64,000 nucleotides of DNA from Acidobacteriota bacterium (GCA_016934555.1 JAFGSS010000088.1:430-64429); one strand, 5' to 3'. Counted from the stretch's first letter, positions 19,429 to 30,505 are shown. Program-made: numbers and translations. Notes: a model not told the origin generated them from the sequence alone.

Positions 19429-20469
19429 TCAGGCGTTTTTCGCCTTCTCGGGGGCCGCCGTGACCGGTTTGGTCATCCCAAGGATTTCCCGGAGCTTGGC
19501 GTCGAGCGTCCGGGCCACCTCGGGGTGCTCGCGGATGAACTGCTTGGCGTTGTCGCGCCCCTGGCCCAGCCGTTCCCCCTGGTAGGAGAACCAGGAACCG
19601 CTCTTGTCTATCAGCTTGTGTTCCACCGCCAGATCGAGAAGGTCCCCCTCGTAGGAGATCCCCTGGTTGTAGATGATGTCGAACTCGGATTCCCGGAACG
19701 GGGGCGCCAGCTTGTTCTTCACGATCTTCACCCTGGTGCGGCTTCCGATGAACTGGTCGCCGTCCTTGATCGCCCCGATCCTGCGGATATCCACGCGGAT
19801 GGAGGAGTAGAACTTGAGGGCCCGGCCTCCCGTGGTCGTCTCCGGGTTGCCGAACATGACGCCGATCTTTTCCCGGATCTGGTTGATGAAGATCATGCAG
19901 GTGTTGGATTTGGAAACGATGGCCGTCAGCTTGCGCAAAGCCTGCGACATCAGCCGCGCCTGCAGACCCGGCAGCGAGTCCCCCATTTCCCCCTCCAGCT
20001 CCGCCTTGGGCACCAGCGCGGCGACCGAGTCGATCACCAGGATGTCGACGGCCCCGCTCCGGACCAGGACCTCGGCGATCTCCAGGGCCTGTTCCCCGCT
20101 GTCGGGCTGCGAAACCAGCAGGTTGTCGGTGTCGACCCCCAGCTTCTTGGCGTACCCGGCGTCCATGGCGTGTTCCGCATCGATGAAGGCCGCCGTCCCC
20201 CCGGCCTTCTGCGCCTGGGCGATGGCGTGCAGGGAGATGGTCGTCTTCCCCCCCGATTCCGGGCCGTAGATCTCCACGACCCGGCCCTTGGGGAACCCGC
20301 CGACGCCCAGGGCGGCGTCGAACGAAAGGCACCCGGTGGAGATCGACTGGATCCCGACGTTTTCGATGCGGTCCCCGAGCCGCATGATGGACCCCTTCCC
20401 GAACTGCTTTTCAATCTGGGTGAGCGCCATGTCAATGGCCTTGTTCCTGCTGGTGCGATCGTCTGCCAT
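19429..20469 (-). CDS. recA: recombinase RecA
   Basis: GPESGGKTT Walker A, L1/L2 loops, 346 aa. Confidence 0.95.
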   Translation of the reverse strand: MADDRTSRNKAIDMALTQIEKQFGKGSIMRLGDRIENVGIQSISTGCLSFDAALGVGGFPKGRVVEIYGPESGGKTTISLHAIAQAQKAGGTAAFIDAEHAMDAGYAKKLGVDTDNLLVSQPDSGEQALEIAEVLVRSGAVDILVIDSVAALVPKAELEGEMGDSLPGLQARLMSQALRKLTAIVSKSNTCMIFINQIREKIGVMFGNPETTTGGRALKFYSSIRVDIRRIGAIKDGDQFIGSRTRVKIVKNKLAPPFRESEFDIIYNQGISYEGDLLDLAVEHKLIDKSGSWFSYQGERLGQGRDNAKQFIREHPEVARTLDAKLREILGMTKPVTAAPEKAKNA

Positions 20470-20620
20470 CCGTTCTTCCCTTCCGGTTATGCGTTGATGA
20501 TGCGGTTTGCCGCCACAGTATCTAATCGGGGATTACGGCTTTGAGCGAGAATTTATCATTCCCCCGACCCGGACGCCTGCAAGGCATCATCCTACCATGC
20601 ACCCGGGCCCGATCCCAACA

Positions 20621-21454
20621 TTACACCAGGTCCTCGCCGCCGTCGATCCTCAGGACGTTGCCCGTCATCCAGGCGGACTCCGAGCGGGAGAGGGCGACCA
20701 GGATCGAAGCCACATCCCCCGGTTCCGTCAGTCTCCCCCCGGGGTTTGCCGACCGGGCCGCGGCGAACATCGCATCGCTTCCGGGGATTCTCCGGGCCGC
20801 CGGGGTGTCGGTGACCCCCGCCTGCAGCGCGTTGACCGCGATCCCCGCCGCGGCCAGTTCCACCGCCAGCTGCCGCACGTGGGCCTCGAGCGCCGCCTTG
20901 GCGGCCGAAACCGCGCCGTAGGTCGGCCACACCCTGTGAGCCCCGGCGCTCGTCATGGCATAGACCTGCGCCCCGCGGGAGAGGAGCCCGGCAGACCGCA
21001 GCTCCTGCGTCCAGTAAACCAGGCTGTGCGCCATGACGTCCAGCGTCATGTTGAGGTCCGCCTGCCGGATGCAAAGCGCGGGGTCCTCCGCCAGGAAGGG
21101 CCTCAGGGTCCCGAAGGCCAGCGAGTGGAGCATGAGACGGATGCCGCCCGGCATCTTTTCGAGCGCCCCGATCACCTCGGAACGCCGGGCGGGGTCGGCG
21201 GCGTTGACGTTGAAAAACAGCGCCTCCCGCCCCCGCCGCCGGATTGCGTCCGCGACCTCTTCGGCTCCCGCCATCGTTCGCCTGCGATCGAGATGGACAC
21301 CCGCGATATGGAACCCTTCCCCGGCCAGGGCCACGGCCGCCGCGGCGCCGAATCCGCTGGAAACCCCCAGGATCAGGGCCCACCGATCCCCCGTTCCTTC
21401 AGCCACGTCTCCTCCTTTCGGCCCCCGGGTCAGGCCCCGGGCGCGCCCACCCAC
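20621..21454 (-). CDS. SDR-family oxidoreductase with Y-x6-K active-site spacing (enoyl-ACP reductase FabI/FabL-like)
   Basis: GVSSGFG glycine-rich NAD(P)-binding turn. YGAVSAAKAALE has the Y-x6-K spacing typical of enoyl-ACP reductases rather than classical Y-x3-K SDRs. A possible GTG start is at 21406. Confidence 0.7.
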   Translation of the reverse strand: MGGRARGLTRGPKGGDVAEGTGDRWALILGVSSGFGAAAAVALAGEGFHIAGVHLDRRRTMAGAEEVADAIRRRGREALFFNVNAADPARRSEVIGALEKMPGGIRLMLHSLAFGTLRPFLAEDPALCIRQADLNMTLDVMAHSLVYWTQELRSAGLLSRGAQVYAMTSAGAHRVWPTYGAVSAAKAALEAHVRQLAVELAAAGIAVNALQAGVTDTPAARRIPGSDAMFAAARSANPGGRLTEPGDVASILVALSRSESAWMTGNVLRIDGGEDLV

Positions 21455-21462
21455 CTTGCCCC

Positions 21463-21491
21463 TTGACTCGCCGCCCCGTAATTGATAGTAT
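21463..21491 (+). promoter_or_regulatory. strong sigma70-type promoter for rpmB (TTGACT-17-TAGTAT)
   Basis: The sequence is ccTTGACTcgccgccccgtaattgaTAGTATtc, with a GGGAG RBS 9 nt before the rpmB ATG. Confidence 0.5.
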
Positions 21492-21517
21492 TCAGCGCTT
21501 TAACGGGAGTTACCATT

Positions 21518-21709
21518 ATGCCAATGCAGTGTTATGTTTGCGCCAAACGCCCCACTTTCGGTCACACCGTTTCCCATGCGCACAACATCAGTTCGCGCAA
21601 GTTCTATCCGAATCTCCAGAGCATCCGGATCCTGGAGAATGGAACCGTCAAGCGCATCCGCATCTGCACGCGCTGCCTCAGGTCGGGCAAGGTCCAGAAG
21701 GCGGTCTGA
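21518..21709 (+). CDS. rpmB: 50S ribosomal protein L28
   Basis: MPMQCYVCAKRPTFGHTVSHAHNISSRKFYPNLQS matches the L28 family pattern. The ORF track start at 21482 is a TTG upstream of the RBS. Confidence 0.85.
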   Translation: MPMQCYVCAKRPTFGHTVSHAHNISSRKFYPNLQSIRILENGTVKRIRICTRCLRSGKVQKAV

Positions 21710-21750
21710 ACCGCGCCCGTCCCCGATTGCCGCGGTTCGGGGCCCGGCCC

Positions 21751-23898
21751 TCAGATCCGCTCCACATCCCGCACCCCGGCAACGGCCCGCAGGCTCTGAA
21801 TCACCTTCTGCAGATGCTTCACATCGACGACGTCCACGGTAAACTCGACCCTGCCCCGGCGGGAATCCAGGTCGCTGCTTGACCGGGATTCCCGGATGTT
21901 CGTTTTCTGGCTTGAAATCGCCGTCGTGATGTCGGCCAGGATCCCCTGCCTGTCCTCGAGGGTGATCGCCAGGTGGACGCTGAAAACCTGGGGTTCCCCG
22001 CCACTGACCCATTTCACATCCGTGATGCGGCTGGTGCCCATCAGACCGGCGACCGTCCGGCATCCGGTGGAGTGCACCGCGATCCCCTTCCCCCGCGTAA
22101 TATAGCCCACGATGTCGTCTCCCGGGATGGGATTGCAGCATTTGGCCCGGTAGACGAGGGCTTCGTCCCGCCCCTTGACCGCGATCGGCGGGTCGGTCCG
22201 GCCGAGCACCCGCTGAAGGACCCTGGGGAGCACCGCCTCCCGGGCCTCCGGCGCCTGCGCCCGCTCCGGGAAAAGCTGATCCAGGATCTGCCTGGGGGCG
22301 ATGGTGCCGAAGCCGACGCTGGGGAGGATGTCCTCCGCCTTCGCCAAACCGAAACGCTCCAGGACCCCCTCCATTTCCGGCATCCCCGCGAGCTTCTTCC
22401 AGGAACTCCTGAAACGGTGCGCCTCCTTCTCCATAAGCCTGAGCCCCAGGCCGACGGCGTCCTCCTTCTCCTTCTGGTTGATCCAGTGCCGGATCTTCCC
22501 GCGCGCGCGCGCCGTCTTGACGAAAGCGAGCCATTCGCGGCTCGGCACGGCATCCGCCGCCGTGAGGACCTCGACGATCTCCCCGTTCCGGATCTTGTGG
22601 CGCAACGCCACGCTGCGGTTGTTGACCTTCGCCCCGACGCAGCGGTGTCCCACCTCGGTATGGATGCTGTAAGCGAAGTCCACCGGGGTGGCATCGCGCG
22701 GCAGCGTGATCACCTCCCCTTTTGGGGTAAAGCAGAACACCTCGTCCGGATACAGATCGACCTTGAGGTTGCTCAGGAATTCCCGGGCATCGCTGATGTC
22801 GTTCTGCGAATCGATCAGCTGCCGCAGCCACCGCAGCTGTTCCTCCCCCTCGTCCACCCCGTGTTTTCCCTCCTTGTATTTCCAGTGGGCCGCGATCCCC
22901 TCCTCGGCGATATGGTGCATCTCGTCGGTGCGGATCTGGATTTCGAACGGCTGCCCGTTCCGGCCGATGACCGAGGTGTGGAGCGACTGGTAGAGGTTGG
23001 GCCGCGGCATGGCGATATAGTCCTTGATCCGCCCGGGGACCGGTTTCCACAGGGTATGCAGAATCCCCAGGATGCTGTAACAGTGGCTCACGCTGTCGGT
23101 GATCACCCGGACCGCGATGAAGTCGAACACCTCGTCGATGGTGATCTTCTGCCGCTTCATCTTCTGATACACGCCGTAGATGCGCTTGATCCGGCTTTCG
23201 ATCCGCGCCGGGATGCCGCGCGCGCCCAGCTCCCGCTCGATCGCCTGCTGCGTATCCAGGATGAAATCCTGGCTGACCATCCGCCGCTTTTCGATCTGCG
23301 ACACCGTGTTCTGATACGCGACCGGATCGAGAAAACTGAAGGCGAGGTCTTCGAGTTCGCCCCTGATTTTGGCCATTCCCAGCCGGTGCGCCAGGGGGGC
23401 GTAGATCTCGAGGGTTTCGAGCGAGATCCGTTCGCGCTGTTCGGGAGAGAGGTACTGCAGCGTGCGCATGTTGTGGAGACGGTCGGCGAGCTTGACGAAG
23501 AGAACGCGGATGTCGCTCACCATCGCCAGGAGCATCTTGCGGAAGTTCTCGGCCTGCTTCTGCTGGTTGGAGGCCAGGTGGATCTCGGGAATCTTGGTCA
23601 CCCCGTCCACGACCTGGTAGACCTCATCGCCGAACTGCTTGCGCAGTTCCCCGGGCGACATCAGGGTGTCCTCGATCACGTCGTGCAGCAGTCCCGCCGT
23701 GACGGTCACCGCGTCCAGCTTGAGTTCCGCAAGGATATTGCCGACCTCGAGCGGGTGCGTCAGGTAGGGCTCCCCGTTCATCCGCACCTGCCCCTTGTGA
23801 TATTTGGCGGAGACCACATACCCGCGCTGGATCATGTCGATGGGGGCGTCGGGGTGGTAGCGGCTTACCTTTTCCGCGAGATCTTCGTAACGTATCAT
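21751..23898 (-). CDS. rel: bifunctional (p)ppGpp synthetase/hydrolase (Rel/SpoT)
   Basis: 715 aa with an HD domain (HPLEV...HD), a synthetase domain (RIKDYIAMPRPNLYQSLHTSV), and TGS and ACT domains. Confidence 0.95.
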   Translation of the reverse strand: MIRYEDLAEKVSRYHPDAPIDMIQRGYVVSAKYHKGQVRMNGEPYLTHPLEVGNILAELKLDAVTVTAGLLHDVIEDTLMSPGELRKQFGDEVYQVVDGVTKIPEIHLASNQQKQAENFRKMLLAMVSDIRVLFVKLADRLHNMRTLQYLSPEQRERISLETLEIYAPLAHRLGMAKIRGELEDLAFSFLDPVAYQNTVSQIEKRRMVSQDFILDTQQAIERELGARGIPARIESRIKRIYGVYQKMKRQKITIDEVFDFIAVRVITDSVSHCYSILGILHTLWKPVPGRIKDYIAMPRPNLYQSLHTSVIGRNGQPFEIQIRTDEMHHIAEEGIAAHWKYKEGKHGVDEGEEQLRWLRQLIDSQNDISDAREFLSNLKVDLYPDEVFCFTPKGEVITLPRDATPVDFAYSIHTEVGHRCVGAKVNNRSVALRHKIRNGEIVEVLTAADAVPSREWLAFVKTARARGKIRHWINQKEKEDAVGLGLRLMEKEAHRFRSSWKKLAGMPEMEGVLERFGLAKAEDILPSVGFGTIAPRQILDQLFPERAQAPEAREAVLPRVLQRVLGRTDPPIAVKGRDEALVYRAKCCNPIPGDDIVGYITRGKGIAVHSTGCRTVAGLMGTSRITDVKWVSGGEPQVFSVHLAITLEDRQGILADITTAISSQKTNIRESRSSSDLDSRRGRVEFTVDVVDVKHLQKVIQSLRAVAGVRDVERI

Positions 23899-23969
23899 GG
23901 ATGGTCGAACACTCTTGCTGCTGCTGCACGGCGGCGAAGGGGGGAGGAGGCTTCCTGCGCCCTGCCGGG

Positions 23970-24001
23970 CGCATCACAAAAAAAGGGGGCAGAAGTATTT
24001 C
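23970..24001 (-). terminator. intrinsic terminator ending the tonB-exbB-exbD-exbD-TPR operon
   Basis: The minus strand reads GGGGGCAGAAATACTTCTGCCCCC followed by TTTTTTT. That is a perfect 10-bp stem, a 4-nt loop and a U7 tract, 90 nt after the TPR gene stop. Confidence 0.75.
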
Positions 24002-24089
24002 TGCCCCCTTATCCTGCCCGCGCGGGAATTCCCGTCGCAGCGTCGAAACGTCCCTGCACCCCAGGAGCGTGCGGGAACGTCCGCGGCGC

Positions 24090-24878
24090 TCAGATTCCGA
24101 GCTTCTTGGGGCGCTTGGCCTCTTCCTCCATCGCCTTCCGCCGCAGTTCGAGCGATTTGAGAGCGACCATGTCGGCCTGGCGGATGAGTTCGGCCTTTGC
24201 GGCCTCGTCCGTCTCGAACTTCGCCTTTTCCCTCCAGAGCAGGTTCTGGTACTCCAGGGCGTCGAAATAATCGGGCCGGACCTCGAGCGCCTTTGCCAGG
24301 TTCTCGAGCCCTTCCTCGATGTTCATCCTGGCCGTTTCCTTTTCCTCGGGGGTCATGAACTCGACGTTCTCCCCCTGGATCCCCGTCTTTTCCGATACGT
24401 CGTCGTAGTCCATGACCGCGATGCGGTAGTAGGCCTCGGCGTTGTTCGGAACGACGGCGATGGCCTTGTGGCACCATTCCTTCGATTCGGGATACTGCCT
24501 CAGCTGGTAGTACAGGCTGGCGATGCTGAGCATCGCGTCCTTGTTCGCCTTAGCGGGATCCTCCGCCCTCGCCACCACTTCCTTGAAGGTCTCGATCGCA
24601 CGCTTCGCCATTTCCTCGCTCCTGGGATCGGTAGAGCCGGGGACGAACTGCGATGTATAGGCCGTAGCCAGGTACATGCGGGCGATCTCGAAATCGGGAT
24701 CCATCTCGAGCGTTTTCTGGAAATACTGCGCGGCAGCGTCATACTTCTGATCGGTGAACGCCTTCACTCCCTTGTTCAGGTAGTCCCGCGCCCGCAGCTT
24801 TTGCATAAAACCGCAGCCGGACAGGGGCATCACCGTCAGAAGAAGGAGCACGGCGAGCCACTTGTTGTTGAACCTCAT
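24090..24878 (-). CDS. TPR-repeat lipoprotein
   Basis: Signal peptide with LSGC lipobox, multiple TPR-like helical repeats, last gene of the TonB operon. Confidence 0.7.
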   Translation of the reverse strand: MRFNNKWLAVLLLLTVMPLSGCGFMQKLRARDYLNKGVKAFTDQKYDAAAQYFQKTLEMDPDFEIARMYLATAYTSQFVPGSTDPRSEEMAKRAIETFKEVVARAEDPAKANKDAMLSIASLYYQLRQYPESKEWCHKAIAVVPNNAEAYYRIAVMDYDDVSEKTGIQGENVEFMTPEEKETARMNIEEGLENLAKALEVRPDYFDALEYQNLLWREKAKFETDEAAKAELIRQADMVALKSLELRRKAMEEEAKRPKKLGI

Positions 24879-24923
24879 TGTGGCCTCCAAACTATGAGTT
24901 AAACTGAGTGCGGGTCCGGGTGG

Positions 24924-25331
24924 TCAGCGGATCTCCGTCAAAAGACCGATATCCCCCACCCCGGCGCCCTTGGCGATATCGATCACCCGGACAACGTCTC
25001 CGTAAGGAAGTTTCGCGCTGGCGCTGATGAACATGTTCTTGTTCGCCCGGGCGCTGTAGATTTCCTGGAGCTGCGCTCCCAGCCTGGCGATGGTCGTCTC
25101 TTCCTGGTTGATGGCGATCTGTGCCGATTCGCCGATCGAAACAACAATGACACTCGGATCGATGGCGCCCTCGGTGTCGTTGGACGTCTGCGGCACCTTG
25201 ACATCCAGGTCCATCTGGCGGATCGGAGTGATCACCATGAAGATGATGAGGAGCACCAGAAGGATATCAATATACGGAGTGATATTGATATCCGCCATGG
25301 CGCCCTTTTTGCCACTAACATTCATTCCCAT
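24924..25331 (-). CDS. exbD: biopolymer transport protein ExbD/TolR
   Basis: ADINITPYIDILLVLLIIFMV single TM helix plus a periplasmic domain. Confidence 0.85.
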   Translation of the reverse strand: MGMNVSGKKGAMADINITPYIDILLVLLIIFMVITPIRQMDLDVKVPQTSNDTEGAIDPSVIVVSIGESAQIAINQEETTIARLGAQLQEIYSARANKNMFISASAKLPYGDVVRVIDIAKGAGVGDIGLLTEIR

Positions 25332-25572
25332 AGCAGATCCCTTTCATTCCTTACAACAGTCAGGCCCGGGGCCGCCGCGGGGCAGGCGCCTTGATCGCCC
25401 CCTTCCGCTGTACCCGCACCGCCGGAAAAAGAGCCTCTTCCGCCCTGCCGCGGATTGCCCGGAGGAAACCTGGGTTCAGGACATCCTCCACGGAGCCCAC
25501 AGCTACTGTTCACCTGAATTCGGAGCAGGAGAGGGTCACGCCCCCCGCATGCGGCCGGGGGGCGTTTGCCGC

Positions 25573-25992
25573 CTAGTCCTTCTCCTTTTCAGCCATCAAT
25601 CCGATCCTCTCCACCCCCGCGCTGCGGCACTGGTTGACTATCTGGACAACCCTGCCGTAGGAGAGCGCGGTATCGGCCTTCAGGAAGATGTTCCGGTTAA
25701 GTTCCCCCCCCGAGAATTTCTGGACGAGAAACTCGTACAGGTCGTCTTCCCCGACCTGCCTTTTCCCCAGGAAGATCTTCCCTTCCCGGTTCAGGGCGAC
25801 CACGACGGCATCCTTGCTGTCCGCTTCGGGAGCGTCCAGCGGGTTTTTCGCCTTGGGAAGGTTGACCGTGATCCCGCTCTGCATAAGGGGGGTAGTGATC
25901 ATGAAGATGATCAGCAGCACCAGCATGACATCCGCCATCGGAGTGACGTTGATGTCCGCCATCACACCTTTCGTTTTGACCCTTCTAGCCAC
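25573..25992 (-). CDS. exbD: biopolymer transport protein ExbD/TolR (second paralog)
   Basis: ADINVTPMADVMLVLLIIFMI single TM helix. Its start overlaps the exbB stop. Confidence 0.85.
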   Translation of the reverse strand: MARRVKTKGVMADINVTPMADVMLVLLIIFMITTPLMQSGITVNLPKAKNPLDAPEADSKDAVVVALNREGKIFLGKRQVGEDDLYEFLVQKFSGGELNRNIFLKADTALSYGRVVQIVNQCRSAGVERIGLMAEKEKD

Positions 25993-26665
25993 GGCCTTCG
26001 CTCCGTCTCTTGAGGAAATAATCGATCAGTTCCGAGGAGGAATTGTCCATTTCCACGGTAAAGGTTTCGATTTTGTTGGTGAAAATGTTGAAGGCCCAGA
26101 CCGCGGGAACGGCGACGAACAGCCCGAAGGCAGTGGCCACCAGCGCTTCCGCGATACCGCCGGCGACGGCCGCGATACCCGCGGTCTCCTCGGTCTTCAT
26201 CCCCTGGAACGCGTTGATGATCCCGATGGTGGTCCCGAACAGACCGACGAAGGGGGCGGTGGCACCGATGGTGGCCAGGCCGCTGAGGCCCCGTTTCAGG
26301 TCTTCGATGCTGATGGCCGTGGCGCGATCCAGCGCCCGGCGCGAGGCTTCGAGGCTTTCTCCCGGGATATCCTTGCTCTTGGCGTGCGCCTGGAGCTCAT
26401 GAAGCCCCGAAACCAGCACCTTGGCCAGGTGGCTCTTGTTGTACTGCTCTCCCAGTGCGATCGCTTCGTCGATCTTGCCGTCCTTGAGGCATTCGGCCAC
26501 CGCGGGGGTGAAAAGCCGGGACTGCTTGCGCGCCTGGCGGTAGGTCAGCCACCGCTCGATCATCACGCTGATCGACCAGGCCGACATGATGGCCAGGATG
26601 ATGACCACGCCCTTGGCGATTCCGCCCATCTGCTGCCATAATTCTACGATATTGATTGATCCCAT
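25985..26665 (-). CDS. exbB: MotA/TolQ/ExbB proton channel protein
   Basis: Three TM helices with the conserved LATIGATAPFVGLFGTTIGII region. Confidence 0.9.
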   Translation of the reverse strand: MGSINIVELWQQMGGIAKGVVIILAIMSAWSISVMIERWLTYRQARKQSRLFTPAVAECLKDGKIDEAIALGEQYNKSHLAKVLVSGLHELQAHAKSKDIPGESLEASRRALDRATAISIEDLKRGLSGLATIGATAPFVGLFGTTIGIINAFQGMKTEETAGIAAVAGGIAEALVATAFGLFVAVPAVWAFNIFTNKIETFTVEMDNSSSELIDYFLKRRSEGRG

Positions 26666-26698
26666 CGAATTTCTAACCTCCGATTGAATTTTTGGTAC

Positions 26699-27451
<753 letters not shown>

Positions 27452-27526
27452 GTATCCCCCTTGTATGCTGCCCTTGGGCCTTCAGCCGTTCCGGGCCTGC
27501 TGCGGCGTCATTTTGAAGGCCCGATC

Positions 27527-27553
27527 TTAATATTCCCCCTGAAAAACTGTCAA
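27527..27553 (-). promoter_or_regulatory. candidate tonB promoter (TTGACA-15-TATTAA), flanked by two identical 13-nt direct repeats
   Basis: The minus strand reads cTTGACAgtttttcagggggaaTATTAAga. The direct repeats TTCAGCCGTTCCG lie at 27481-27493 and 27591-27603. An AT-rich tgcatttgcatgaattt element lies between them. Confidence 0.4.
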
Positions 27554-27628
27554 GGAATTTCTCTCCCGCATTTGCATGAATTTCCGATATTTCAGCCGTT
27601 CCGAAGCTTTTCGTTGCCATATCCGGAT

Positions 27629-28822
27629 TCAGGCCGTCCTGCGCCTCGTTTTCTGCCCGTACCTGCGATACCACCATTCCACGATCGTCGCCGCGAGGGC
27701 GATGGTGGAATAGGAGCCGATGATGATCCCGACGGTGAGCGCGAACGAGAACCCGTTCAGCACCTCCCCGCCGAAAAGGAAGAGCGAAAATACCGCGACG
27801 AAGGTGAATCCCGACGTCATGACGGTGCGGGACAGCGTCTGGTTGATGCTCAGGTTCAGGATGTCGAACAGCGACTCCTTGCGCATCAGGCGCAGGTTCT
27901 CGCGCACCCGGTCGAAGATGACGATCGTGTCGTTAACCGAATACCCGACCAGGGTCAGCAGCGCCGCGATCACCGTCAGCGATATCTCCTTCTGGGTGAG
28001 GGCGAACAGGCCCAGGGTGATCGCGACGTCGTGAAACAGGGCGAAGATGGCGGCGACCCCGTAGATCGGCTTGAACCGGAAGGCGATGTAGACCAGCATG
28101 GCGCCGAAAGCCAGCAGGACCGCCAGCGTCGCCCGACGCCTCAGGTCGCTCCCGACGACGGCCCCGATGCTCTCCAGCCCTTTGATGGCGAAGGGCCCCG
28201 CATGGAACCCCTGCTTGAGGCTCGCCACCGCCGCCGGGGAAACCCCCGCCTTCCCGAGTTCATCCAGGGAGCCGACCAGCCCGTCGGCCTCCTTGTTGCG
28301 GTAATCGAGCAGCGTCCCGGCCACCTGCCGGTAGTGGGCGTCCAGTTCGAGCGCCGATTTAGCCTGCGCCCTCAACCCGTCCGGGTCTCTCTCGGCCAGG
28401 TAGTCGGCGAGTTGGGAGGCCCCGGCGTTGTTGAAGTCGATCCGGCCCTCCGTATCCTGCCCGGAACCGAACGCCCTGGCGAGCGAGGAAACAAGCCGCT
28501 CGCGCTCGGACTCGATCGTCTGCCCCCCCTCGAGCAGCCGCTGCAGGCGGACCTGCACGGTGTTGTCGTCCGCCTGGCCGAACCTCTGGATCAGCGGCGG
28601 GGCGGAGTCGGGGGACTTGAGGGTTTCCCGGAGGAGGTCCAGGTCGGGCGCGTTCTGGAATTTGACGAACACGATGGTCCCGCCGGTGAAGTCGATCCCG
28701 TAGTTCAGACCGCCCCTGGCGACATAAGAGATGATGCCGATGGCGAGCAGTGCGGCGGAGATGCCGTAAAACCACCACTTCTTTCCCAGCCAGTTGATTG
28801 AAGTCTGCTTAAAAAGTTCCAC
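27629..28822 (-). CDS. secF: protein translocase subunit SecF
   Basis: 397 aa with the SecD/SecF six-TM C-terminal domain and an unusually long periplasmic insert. Confidence 0.9.
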   Translation of the reverse strand: MELFKQTSINWLGKKWWFYGISAALLAIGIISYVARGGLNYGIDFTGGTIVFVKFQNAPDLDLLRETLKSPDSAPPLIQRFGQADDNTVQVRLQRLLEGGQTIESERERLVSSLARAFGSGQDTEGRIDFNNAGASQLADYLAERDPDGLRAQAKSALELDAHYRQVAGTLLDYRNKEADGLVGSLDELGKAGVSPAAVASLKQGFHAGPFAIKGLESIGAVVGSDLRRRATLAVLLAFGAMLVYIAFRFKPIYGVAAIFALFHDVAITLGLFALTQKEISLTVIAALLTLVGYSVNDTIVIFDRVRENLRLMRKESLFDILNLSINQTLSRTVMTSGFTFVAVFSLFLFGGEVLNGFSFALTVGIIIGSYSTIALAATIVEWWYRRYGQKTRRRTA

Positions 28823-28894
28823 AAACGATCCCTCTTATGAATCGACCGGAATCATCCTGCATCTTTGGACACCTTCCAGCCCGATAAAGTTCCG

Positions 28895-30505
28895 CTAAAT
28901 CGACAGACGCTCGATGCGCCGGCTCCCCAGCACCCATTCGAAAATCCTGTGGGAGAGGTAGATGGCGGTGAATATGTTGGCTATCAGGCCGACGAAAAGG
29001 GTGATGGCGAAGCCCCGGATCGGACCGGTGCCGAACTGGAACAGGAAGATGGCCGCCAGCAGCGTGGTGATGTTGGAATCGAGAATCGTCCACAGGACCT
29101 TGCTGAAACCGCTGTCGACGGCGGCCCGCACCGTTTTCCCGCTGCGCAGCTCCTCGCGGATCCTTTCGAAAATCAGGATGTTGGCGTCGACCGCCATCCC
29201 GATCGTGAGGATGATGCCGGCGATGCCGGGCAGCGTCAGGGTGGCCCCCACCATCCCCATGAACCCGAGGAGGATGGCCGTGTTGGCGATGAGGCAGATG
29301 ACGGCGTTGATCCCCGACTGCCGGTAGTAGATCAGCATTCCCAGGATCACGAGGCCGAACCCGATCAGCGAGGCGAATATCCCCGATCGGATCGAGTCGT
29401 TGCCGAGCGAGGCGCCGACGCTGCGCTCCCCGAGCACCACGAGCGACGCCGGCAGGGCGCCCGAGCGCAACAGCAGCGACAGGTCACTCGCCTGCTGCTG
29501 GGTGAACCGCCCCTGGATGATGCCCTCCGCCTCGATCCTTTCATTGATCACGGGGGCCGACCGCACCTGGTCGTCAAGCACGATGGCCAGCTGCTCCCCC
29601 ACGTGCTGCTCCGTGGCCAGGGCGAAGAGCTTGGCCCCGTCGGAATTCAGGAAGAAGCTGACGGCGGGCGCTCCGTTGCCGTCGGTGCTCGGCCGCGCCG
29701 TCTTCAGGTCCTTCCCCGTGATCACCGGGGTCCGGTTGACCACCAGGTATTCCACCCGGCTGTCCTCCCCCCGGTCCTCCCGGTAGAGCAGGATCTCGTA
29801 GTCCTCCGGGATCACGCCCCCGTTGGCCGTGATCGCCGACTCGACCGAACTGAAGGGCCCCCCCTGGTCTTTCTTGACCAGCACCAGCTTGAGCTGGGCG
29901 GTGTTGGCGATCAGCCCCTTGATGCGTTCCGGGTCGTCGATGCCCGGGAGCTCCACGATGATCTGGTCGTCGACCTCCTGGCCGCTCCCACCGTAGATCT
30001 GCAGCGTCGGCTCCGCCACCCCGAGGGCGTCGACGCGCCGGCGGATGGTCTCCAGCGCCTGCCGGACGGTGGACTCCCGCGTCTCCCGCATGTAGCCCGA
30101 GGTCAGCGCCAGGACGAAATCGGTCTTCCCCTCGAGCGATTTGCTCCGCAACTCGTACTTGTTGCCGTAGGTGTCCTCGAGGTAGGCGCGGGCGTCGCCC
30201 GCCCGGGCGGCGTCCACCCCGGTGATTTCAACGGCGAAACCGTTTCCCTTCCGGGAGGAGGTGAAGGGGATGTCCCGGCTCCTGTACTCCTGCGCGATCC
30301 GGTCCGCATCCTGCCTCAGTTCCTGGTTCAGGGCGTCGTCGGTCACCACCTGGAGCACCAGGTGGATCCCCCCCTTGAGATCGAGCCCGAGATTGAGCCG
30401 GGAGAACCAGGGGGCCCCCTTTTCCCCGGGACTGACGAAGAAGTAGGTGCAGATCCCCAGGAAAATCAGGATCAGGATGAGCTTCCATCGCAAATTCTTC
30501 TGCAT
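28895..30505 (-). CDS. secD: protein translocase subunit SecD
   Basis: 536 aa, SecD family (LGLDLKGG, GRFTQQQA, six C-terminal TM helices). Confidence 0.9.
   Translation of the reverse strand: MQKNLRWKLILILIFLGICTYFFVSPGEKGAPWFSRLNLGLDLKGGIHLVLQVVTDDALNQELRQDADRIAQEYRSRDIPFTSSRKGNGFAVEITGVDAARAGDARAYLEDTYGNKYELRSKSLEGKTDFVLALTSGYMRETRESTVRQALETIRRRVDALGVAEPTLQIYGGSGQEVDDQIIVELPGIDDPERIKGLIANTAQLKLVLVKKDQGGPFSSVESAITANGGVIPEDYEILLYREDRGEDSRVEYLVVNRTPVITGKDLKTARPSTDGNGAPAVSFFLNSDGAKLFALATEQHVGEQLAIVLDDQVRSAPVINERIEAEGIIQGRFTQQQASDLSLLLRSGALPASLVVLGERSVGASLGNDSIRSGIFASLIGFGLVILGMLIYYRQSGINAVICLIANTAILLGFMGMVGATLTLPGIAGIILTIGMAVDANILIFERIREELRSGKTVRAAVDSGFSKVLWTILDSNITTLLAAIFLFQFGTGPIRGFAITLFVGLIANIFTAIYLSHRIFEWVLGSRRIERLSI

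Noticed and set aside
21500-24270. 516-aa minus-strand ORF (21500..23050) and 765-aa plus-strand ORF (21973..24270)
   Set aside because: Alternate-frame and antisense shadows of rel.
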